A program made the position numbers and the translations under genes. The notes beneath the pieces were generated by a model. That model saw only the letters and a program-made list of their open reading frames with translations, made no database searches and was not told where the DNA came from. A DNA stretch of 64,000 nucleotides, taken from NCBI GenBank assembly GCA_040954595.2, contig CM082595.2, forward strand, positions 395,690 through 459,689, given 5' to 3'. This stretch comes from Balanoglossus misakiensis (Eukaryota > Animalia > Hemichordata). Positions within the stretch are counted from its first letter, which is position 1, and the number at the start of each line of letters is the position of its first letter. This document shows positions 1 through 8,342 of the stretch, one piece after another.

Positions 1-637
1 TTCAATCATTGCGTTGAAGAACTACCATTCTGACGCGTGACGCGTTGTTATTTTCCTCGACAGACGTCGTCAGTGCAGCTGGCAAACCTTGAACAAATGT
101 CCTTCGTTTCCTCAGATATCATTTTCCGGATGTTTGTGGATCAGTGGTCAGTCCTGCTTGTGTTCAGTCCAAAGTTCCTCTAACTGTCATGTTATCTGTT
201 GGCGCGGGAAAACTTTTTTTCTCTGAACTCCTGGTAGACGAACGAACAGATCACCTTCTGTTCTTTGTGCATCTGCCTCACTTTGGCACTGATGTCCAGC
301 TTTTATACCAACAAATTTGCATCAATTTGCATGAAAAGACAAAAGCTTGTCCAAGTCCTTCCCACCTGCGTGTCTTCGTCAAAATATTTTAGCAACACTA
401 ATTAGCATTCATTTGCATTGAAACAATCAACAGGTTGGCCAACCGCAGTTTCCTATTTTTTCTTTGACGCGGCAGCTGTCAGAAGAGTTGCAAAGTGTTC
501 CGTTTTCTCAATTTCTAGTGATGAAAAGTCAATAAAAGTCACCAAAACTGTAATCTGATAGGTATGAAAGAAAAAGACGTTTATCGGACTACTAATTTGT
601 AAAAGTAAACCTATAGGCCCTAATTCTAAATCGACAT

Positions 638-710
638 GCCCGGTTAGCTCAGTCGGTAGAGCGTGGGACTTTTAATCCTAAGGTCAAGGGTTCGACCCCC
701 TTAGCGGGCG
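638..710 (+). tRNA. tRNA-Lys, anticodon TTT
   Basis: 73-nt GCCCGGTTAGCTCAGTCGGTAGAGC...GGTTCGACCCCCTTAGCGGGCG folds as a cloverleaf. Anticodon arm TGGGA-CT-TTT-AA-TCCTA, T arm AAGGG-TTCGACC-CCCTT, intact A and B boxes, T6 Pol III terminator at 718-723. One G6:G67 mismatch in the acceptor stem. Confidence 0.92.
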
Positions 711-1159
711 ATCAAGATTTTTTGATTCGGAACTGAAGGAAAGGGTTTTTCCAGAACTTTGAATTAATAATTTAAAGTTGGGTGCATCATTTACGCTCCC
801 AACTCCTTTTTTTTCAATTTGGTTTACAAAAAGTTCTTTACATAATATTTTAGCCTTCCTTTAGATCAAGCATTATTTAATCCAAAATGTAGAAAAAAAT
901 CAAATAATCCAGAACAATCCAAAACAAATCCAAAACGGTTTTAGAATCTCTGAAGTACTAGTATATCTATTCGCGCAAATCCAGTCACCCCACAATGCAG
1001 CTCGACGGAAGTGAGAGACGCTCAACTGTACTGTGCAGATGACAGTCGTCACTTCCGGTTCTTACCAAAAACTACTTGCAAGCCGATCACGAAAGTGATG
1101 CGCTAGTCCATCTACTAACCTTGTTAATCTAGGCTAGAAAAAATCCTTTAACTGTAACT

Positions 1160-2080
1160 AAAATTTGTAAGTTGTACAACTCTCAGTCTATCCGAAAAAC
1201 ACGGTCCCATGGATATCGGGCCATGGCTCCCAGAGTCCTTTGCGGAAGAGTTTGTTCTATTCAAAATGGCGGTGTACGGCTATGTTACTAGCGCCACCAA
1301 CACGTTTACATTTTCCTCACTTTTGTTTATTTGTTAAAAATGTACGACTATCGACTTTATATTGTAATCCATCCCTTCTAACGAAATGGCGAGTGTAAAA
1401 TAAAACTTTTAAGTTGTAAAAACTCTCGGAAAACCCGAAAAATACGGTCTATGGATCGGGCCACGGAACGGCCGCCATTGATCCCAGAGTCCTTTGCGGA
1501 AGACATTGTTCTATTCAAAATGGCGGTGTACGGCTATGTTACTAGCGCCACCAACACGTTTACATTGTCCTCACTTTTGTTTATTTGTTAAAAATGTACG
1601 ACTATCGACTTTATATTGTAATCCATCCCTTCTAACGAAATGGCGAGTGTAAAATAAAACTTTTAAGTTGTAAAAACTCTCGGAAAACCCGAAAAATACG
1701 GTCTATGGATCGGGCCACGGAACGGCCGCCATTGATCCCAGAGTCCTTTGCGGAAGACTTTGTTCTATTCAAAATGGCGGTGTACGGCTATGTTACTAGC
1801 GCCACCAACACGTTTACATTTTCCTCACTTTTGTTTATTTGTTAAAAATGTACGACTATCGACTTTATATTGTAATCCATCCCTTCTAACGAAATGGCGA
1901 GTGTAAAATAAAACTTTTAAGTTGTAAAAACTCTCGGAAAACCCGAAAAATACGGTCTATGGATCGGGCCACGGAACGGCCGCCATTGATCCCAGAGTCC
2001 TTTGCGGAAGACATTGTTCTATTCAAAATGGCGGTGTACGGCTATGTTACTAGCGCCACCAACACGTTTACATTGTCCTC
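1160..2080 (+). repeat. Tandem array of a 254-bp unit (~3.6 copies); left arm of a long inverted repeat
   Basis: GGCGGTGTACGGCTATGTTACTAGCGCCACC recurs at 1268, 1522, 1776 and 2030 (period 254); copies nearly identical. Confidence 0.95.
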
Positions 2081-2139
2081 TATGGCAAGCCAAACGTTGC
2101 AATATTCTTGAAAAACTATTTTCTTGTTGTATAATTTTA

Positions 2140-2536
2140 TTTTTATTCTTCAATTTTACGCTTGCTTTGGTCAAATTATATTTGTGTTCTTCAAATCTAT
2201 ATTCTTGTTCTTCAAATCTATATTCTTGTTCTTCGAATTCATTTTTGCTTTCGTCAATTTACATTCTTGTTCTTCGAATTCATTTTTGCTTTCGTCAAAT
2301 TACATTCTTGTTCTTCGATTTCATTTTTGCTTTCGTCAAATTATTTTTGTGTTCTTCGATTTTATTTTTGCTTTCGTCAAATTATTTTTGTGTTCTTCGA
2401 TTTTATTTTTGCTTTCGTCAAATTATTTTTGTGTTCTTCGATTTTATTTTTGCTTTCGTCAAATTACATTCTTGTTCTTCGATTTCATTCTTGTTCTTCA
2501 ATTTCATTTTTGCTTTCGTCAAATTATTTTTGTGTT
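2140..2536 (+). repeat. ~39-bp AT-rich minisatellite
   Basis: Unit CTTCGATTTTATTTTTGCTTTCGTCAAATTATTTTTGTGTT and variants, repeated about 10 times. Confidence 0.92.
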
Positions 2537-2537
2537 C

Positions 2538-2766
2538 AAGGGAATGGGTGGTTGGCACAGTTTTTTTAAGGGAATGGGTGGTTAGCACAGTTTTTAAGGG
2601 AATGGGTGAGTAGCACAATTTTTTAAGGGAATGGGTGAGTGGCACAGTTTTTAGGGGAATGGGTGAGTGGCACAGTTTTTAAGGGAATGGGTGAGTGGCA
2701 CAGTTTTTAAGGGAATGGGTGAGTAGCACACTTTTTAAGGGAATGGGTGGTTAGCACAGTTTTTTT
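2538..2766 (+). repeat. ~28-29-bp G-rich minisatellite
   Basis: Unit AAGGGAATGGGTG(A/G)(G/T)T(G/A)GCACAGTTTTT repeated 8 times. Confidence 0.93.
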
Positions 2767-2861
2767 AACTTTGTCAGGTGACTACAATAGTTGACGCTGA
2801 TTGGTTATTCTGTAACTACAGAGATGACCCCACAGTCCCAGAAGTATGGCGGCTATCTTGA

Positions 2862-3925
2862 GGGATCCATGGGCCGTAACCGTGTTTTTCGGTTGTCCGA
2901 GAGTTTTTACAACTTAAAAGTTTTATTTTACACTCGCAATTTCGTAAGAAGGGGGATTACAATATAAAGTCGATAGTCGTACATTTTTAACAAATAAACG
3001 AAAATGTGGAAAATGTAAACGTGTTGGTAGCGCTAGAAACATAGCCGGACACCCCCAGATTGAACATAGAACAATCTCTTCCGCAAAGGACTCTGGGTTC
3101 AATGGCGGCCGTTCCGTGGCCCGATCCATGGACCGTGTTTTTCCGTTTTTCCGAGAGTTTTTACAACTTTAAAGTTTCATTTTACACTCGCTATTTCGTT
3201 AGATGGGGTGGGTTACAATATAAAGTCGATAGTCGTACATTTTTAACAAATAAACAAAAGTGAGGACAATGTAAACGTGTTGGGGGCGCTAGTAACATAG
3301 CCGGACACCCCCATTTTGAATAGAACAATCTCTTCCGCAAAGGACTCTGGGTTCAATGGCGGCCATTCCGTGGCCCGATCCATGGACCGTGTTTTTCGGG
3401 TTGTCCGAGAGTTTTCACAACTTTAAAGTTTCATTTTACACTCGCTATTTCGTTAGATGGGGTGGGTTACAATATAAAGTCGATAGTCGTACATTTTTAA
3501 CAAATAAACAAAAGTGAGGACAATGTAAACGTGTTGGGGGCGCTAGTAACATAGCCGGACACCCCCATTTTGAATAGAACAATCTCTTCCGCAAAGGACT
3601 CTGGGTTCAATGGCGGCCATTCCATGGCCCGATCCATGGACCGTGTTTTTCGGATTGTCCTAGAGTTTTTACAACTTAAAAGTTTTATTTTACATTTCGT
3701 TAGAAGGGGTGGGTTACAATATAAAGTCGATAGTCGTACATTTTTAACAAATAAACAAAAGTGAGGACAATGTAAACGTGTTGGTGGCGATAGTAGTACA
3801 GCGCCCTCTAGAGACGAGAGAAAGAGTAAGAGAGTCTGGGTAACCGAGACTATGGGATCCATGGCCCGATTCATGGGATCGTGTTTCTCGTCGTCCGAGA
3901 GTTGTGCAACTTACAAGTTTTATTT
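2862..3925 (-). repeat. Inverted tandem array of the same 254-bp unit (~3.7 copies) plus terminal module; right arm
   Basis: GTTTTTC...CCGAGAG recurs at about 2883, 3137, 3391 and 3645 (period 254) as the reverse complement of the left-arm unit. 3855-3925 is the reverse complement of 1160-1230. Confidence 0.93.
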
Positions 3926-3937
3926 AATATATTTTCC

Positions 3938-4026
3938 TAGCGCCACCAACATATTCACATTCCTCAATTTTGTTAAAAATAAGCGACTACCGGACTTTAT
4001 ATCGTAACCCACCCCTTCTAACGAAA
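3938..4026 (+). repeat. Diverged partial copy of the 254-bp unit in left-arm orientation
   Basis: CTAGCGCCACCAACATATTCACATTCCTC...GACTTTATATCGTAACCCACCCCTTCTAACGAAA aligns by eye to the unit. Confidence 0.8.
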
Positions 4027-4062
4027 ATGACAACAAAACGTATATGTTTCACATATTAAAAG

Positions 4063-4072
4063 TTTATTTATT
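4063..4072 (-). terminator. Probable poly(A) signal of the TTLL10-like transcript (3' UTR ~2 kb)
   Basis: Overlapping AATAAATAAA on the minus strand, followed about 25 nt later by a GT-rich element GTTTTGTTGTC. Confidence 0.6.
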
Positions 4073-4914
4073 CAATCATGAAAATATTGGATAAAACCAA
4101 CTTTAAAATACTGATTGTTTTCCTAAAAGGCTAGATTCCAGTTTTGTCATAAATCCCTGGACGGAAATGGAAATTTATGTACACCAACAGCAAAATATAC
4201 AGACTTAGTACATATGGTACAAATATCACTTATATTTGATGAGGTTCATGCAAGATACACTTGGTAAATATTGTCTTAATACTGATAAACGCAATGTGTA
4301 TGTTAGCATGCTGCAGGTCAGCAACTCATCATTGATTGGGTAATTTATATGCAAATATGTGTTCAATATTTGCATATCATATGATTTCATTCAGCCAATA
4401 GAATGTGATGGTATATTTCACAGGCAAGCAAGCTCGCAATGTTGAATATTTACTTGCGGTTTGCTGTTCATACATGCCATGGCTCAGATCAAAATGATCT
4501 AACAAAGTAATCAATTTCACAAGTAACAGACATATTTGCATATCTGAAACTCACCAATCAAGGTCCCGCTCCAGAGCTGCAGCTACACACATCATTACGA
4601 ACCAATCACATATAAAGCTGCAAAGTTCAAATTCTAGAAAAAGGGAAAACACTCTTGTTAAATCACTAACGCTCTCTTACTCATAAAAATATGTTAATTT
4701 TGCACATGCAAGCATTCATACACTCACACATCTCCTACATATTAGTCTAAATTGTCAAAAAAAATCGCTATGTATCAAGGTATCTAAATCAAGCTGGATG
4801 TAATGGAAGATTGAATGAAACATAATAATCATTTAAGTTTTCATTGAAACGCAGTCAATTCTTTGTTTGTGTGTTGCTGTGCATACAACACATTTTACTT
4901 GTAAGGTTTGAGAA

Positions 4915-4968
4915 TTTTAAGTTCGATAATATCAGACACTGTGTCCTTGAACAAGCACTTGAACCCTT
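4915..4968 (+). mobile_element. Degenerate tRNA-derived SINE fragment
   Basis: B-box-like GTTCGA followed by TGTGTCCTTGAACAAGCACTTGAACCC, resembling the post-tRNA body of invertebrate and fish SINE2 families. Confidence 0.4.
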
Positions 4969-6024
4969 CTATAAGTAGCAACACACATTTCTGCTTAATT
5001 CTGTTATTACATGTGTGGATCACAGACGTATGCTGTTGCCCTCATGGCCAGTCAATATATGTATGTTATTGCAATAAGTTTAGTTCATTCCATATACCAT
5101 GATTATTCGGGAACTGAACACAACACTTACATGTAAAACTTTTCTTTTGAAAATAAAAGAAACCACATAACTGTTGACCATATGAACTAAAGACTAACCC
5201 TTTCCTCCCTGTTTCCCTGTAAATAGGATCAACTTCGCCACGGAAAACAATGTAGCAAGATCCAATACAGTTTGTAAAATGGGATAGATCTTTGCTCCTT
5301 CAGATTCTGGAATGCTTAATTATTTTGGCAAATGGAAATTTGAAAGAAATTTGCATACCCAAATTATGTAAAGCAAAGTGAACATAAATATTGATTTGTA
5401 AATAAAATAAAAAGCTATAAGTTCCTCTAAGTATCAAGTGAAAATTTCACCAATCAATAATTTGTACATGTCATTATGGAATGAAAATTATAAAATATGA
5501 CTTCATTCTCTGTGTGAATATAGACTGTCCTAATTACTAGCTGAATAATATGAATGTCGAAGCCAAATCCACCTCCTACCTATATTCTTTGGTATGATCC
5601 TCCATTCTAACAATGGATGGGTGAGTCAACTATGAGATAGGTAGAAGTGTGTAAGTTCTAGATGAGATTTGTGCGTCTGTGTGTGTGCAGCACTTTAGAT
5701 TTTGGACAGAATGGCTCATTTCTCAGGAACAGACACTGGTTTGAAACGGAAAGTGTTAAACTCAAGTTCCAGAAAATCTTGCCTTTTGACAGTATGAGCA
5801 AAAGTATAATGATTGTGCCTGATTGGCAAGTAATCTGAATATCTTGCAGGGCAATGATTGATATTGGAGTCTTATTTTCAGCCCAATCTCTACTTGTATG
5901 GGCAACCCAATAAGTTAATTATCTGGACCCTGAAACAGATCCTCATAAGCCTTATGAACATGTCTACCACCATTTCAGTGGCAGAAAGAGCCCTTCCAAA
6001 GTAAAGTCTACAGACATCATAAAG

Positions 6025-6350
6025 TTATGATGCAGCCCCAGATGATCGACTCCCACTAGATGACTTGTACGTGGTTTCAGTCGGAGCTAAATACGGCGAC
6101 ACTTTCTTCCTGGTTGGTGAAATGCCAGGTCGTCTCTTGGGTGGTGACTGCGATCGTGTCGTCTGATTTGCCATGCTCCGTGGACGCGCACTACGAGGGG
6201 CAACTGGATTCTCAGCTGTCTGACTTCCTCCACCTCCTCCAGCCCCTCCACTGCCAGAACCATTGAACAGCATTTTGAAATTTTTCAAGGACTTGAGTGG
6301 CATGATTGGCTTGGCTTTTCGACTCTTCTCAAAGATCTCGAGTGTCAAAT
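6025..6350 (-). CDS. TTLL10: TTLL10-like glycylase, last coding exon ((D)LTLEIFEKSRKAKPIMPLKSLKNFKMLFNG plus basic Ser/Pro tail, TAA)
   Basis: Acceptor CCTTTCAG ending at 6351, phase 1; matches the recalled TTLL10 C-terminal motif ETLDLxLExF..S.....PL.S...F.LL.NG. Confidence 0.9.
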
Positions 6351-6608
6351 CTGAAAGGAAATTAAAAAGAAATCATCCATGAGTGGATAAAAATACTGCT
6401 TTTCAAGTCAATAAATAATATTGCCGGTACTTGTCACTGAATTAGATTATTGTAGAAATAAAATTACAGCAATTTTGAAATTGCACTGTTTTAATCATTA
6501 TTTGAGATACAGTATGCATGATAGAGTGGGCAGAACCAAATTGTACATTGCACGTTCTGCAGCCATACATTATTCGCTCTTGACTTTTCATGCAACACAA
6601 GTACTTAC

Positions 6609-6819
6609 CTAAAGTCTCTTCAATGACACCAGGAATGACTTCCAACAGAGCTTCACAATTGACATGCAAAGCTGGATTGACATTGATTTCCAGCAACCAA
6701 ACTTTCATGTCCGTGTCCAGCAGGAAGTCAAAGCCATAGAGATCAAAATATCCCAATTTGCACTGAAGTTTATTCTTCACAGAGTGGAAACACTGAAGCA
6801 TGATTTGATTCATCCGTTT
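6609..6819 (-). CDS. TTLL10: TTLL10-like exon with catalytic motifs (KLGYFDLYGFDFLLD...WLLEINVNPALH)
   Basis: CAG acceptor, GTAAGT donor, 211 nt, phase 0 to 1; TTL-family G-x-D and E-x-N-x-x-P motifs. Confidence 0.96.
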
Positions 6820-7064
6820 CTGTGGCAACAAAAAAGGAGAAGACATAATGTAATGATAGTTTTAACACAAAGAATATGAACACATTCAAATTTTATGAAC
6901 ATGTTTTGAATATAAAAAAACTTTTGAACTGAAAAGTTGGAAGTTGACATAAGCACACAACAAACTTTACCCTCTTGTCATGATTTCAAACAATCCTTCA
7001 TATCATTCGGTTTCAGCGAGCCATTCGATTCTAGATGAAAGAACACAAGTCTCAAAATACTCAC

Positions 7065-7205
7065 TGTTAAGTATCCATACACCCAATTTTCAGGCAAGCC
7101 TTTTTCTTCCGCAAGATTTGTGGTGACATATTCGTTGAATTTATCCATACTCCATGCTGTGTCCTCTTTCATAGCTTCATAATTGGGATCCTTTTTCTGG
7201 ACATA
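7065..7205 (-). CDS. TTLL10: TTLL10-like exon (YVQKKDPNY...KEDTAWSMDKFNEY...GLPENWV)
   Basis: TAG acceptor, GTGAGT donor, 141 nt, phase 0 to 0. Confidence 0.95.
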
Positions 7206-7448
7206 CTACAGAAAAATAATTTTGGTAAAATATCTTTAGTTTTGGCAATGTGAAATCTATAAATGTCTGCCTTTGTGATACATTAGGTTACTGTGTTTGT
7301 CAAATATTTGATTTGAATAAAGTCAGTCGTTTTCTACGGTATGTGATTTTAACCAGGTTGATAAAATCATGATGCCGTCACACACTGAAATAACACAGTC
7401 AGAATGTGATTGGTGGGTTGACATGTCAATCATCTTTCTCCCACTTAC

Positions 7449-7620
7449 CTGATTGGTCAGATGTGCTACCAGGTCCTTGCCTTCTGGGTCGTAGTCTTGG
7501 CACGAGAGTCGAAGGTATCCTTTGTGGTAGAACACCATGAATGGATTTGTGCAGCCAATCAGCAAATACGCCCTGATATCAAACTTCTTTCCGTTCAGAA
7601 GTAACGGGTTTGGAACATAC
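7449..7620 (-). CDS. TTLL10: TTLL10-like exon (YVPNPLLLNGKKFDIRAYLL...GYLRLS...HLTNQ)
   Basis: Poly-C tract plus CAG acceptor, GTAAGT donor, 172 nt, phase 2 to 0; KFDIR and HLTN TTL motifs. Confidence 0.96.
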
Positions 7621-7754
7621 CTGTGGGAGGGGGGGGGGGAATCAAGGATCAGTTTGAGGTTACAGAGTATTTCTTTTATTTTCACTTTGTGATGAAATAA
7701 AGTGAAGTAGACATGGAACTTTCTGCAGCTCATAACAAATCAAAGGTTACATAC

Positions 7755-7944
7755 CTTTGTATAAGCCTCTGCATGGGAGGCAATCTAGATTTCTTTCTTT
7801 GTTGTGGTTGTGTCGGCGCTGCGGCAGTTTGATCTGGATCCTCAGTGGGCGGATATTTCTTCTTCAGCTCTGTGATGTCATCCACCAAGTAGATACCTTT
7901 ACCCTGATTTAAACCAGTTGGCTTACAGATCCAGGTCTCTCCCT
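7755..7944 (-). CDS. TTLL10: TTLL10-like exon (GETWICKPTGLNQGKGIYLV...RLIQR)
   Basis: CAG acceptor, GTATGT donor, 190 nt, phase 1 to 2; WIxKP...QGxGI ATP-grasp motif. Confidence 0.96.
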
Positions 7945-8132
7945 CTGCAAAACAAAACAAAACACAGTGACATCTTGTGAAGCATTTCTTTGCAAATCAT
8001 CATTCTACTCACTGAGATATGTTGAATGACCATTTATGACTATTCAATCTAACCCAAATAATGTCAAAGGTTAGCGACTTTCCTTTTAAGACTGAAAAAT
8101 TGGGATCTTTGTAGTAGAAAAAGTTCACTCAC

Positions 8133-8342
8133 CTTTGAAAGTGTCAAAGAAAGCATCACGATCAGATTTGTAGTCAAGGATGTAGGTCTCCGGAACAAAT
8201 TCCTCCATTTTGAGCAATTTGGGTTGCTTCGTCCCCTTCTTGACACGGTCCATCACTCTCTCGTATTCTCTCAGACTGTTAATCAAACCAACCTTGGTGG
8301 CCAGTAGACTACTATTTGGAATTCTGTTGACTAGTTGTTCAC
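8133..8342 (-). CDS. TTLL10: TTLL10-like exon (GEQLVNRIPNSSLLATKVGL...MEEFVPETY)
   Basis: TTTTCAG acceptor, GTGAGT donor, 210 nt, phase 1 to 1. Confidence 0.95.

Larger units (their letters stand above)
1160..3925. mobile_element. Putative non-autonomous foldback-type DNA element (internally repetitive long inverted arms, minisatellite core)
   Basis: Architecture only: ~0.9-1 kb inverted arms made of tandem units, ~780-bp spacer. No transposase seen and no target-site duplication resolved. Confidence 0.5.

Noticed and set aside
2002-2645. Overlapping 135-203-aa hydrophobic ORFs in all three plus frames and one minus-strand ORF
   Set aside because: Artefacts of the stop-free 39-bp and 28-bp minisatellites; repetitive translation with no domain.
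2140-2766. Regularly spaced short repeats superficially like a CRISPR array
   Set aside because: Head-to-tail tandem units with no unique spacers, eukaryotic context, no cas genes.
2923-3874. Recurring ORFs (PTRLHCPHFCLFVKNVRLSTLYCNP and similar)
   Set aside because: Translations of the 254-bp repeat unit.
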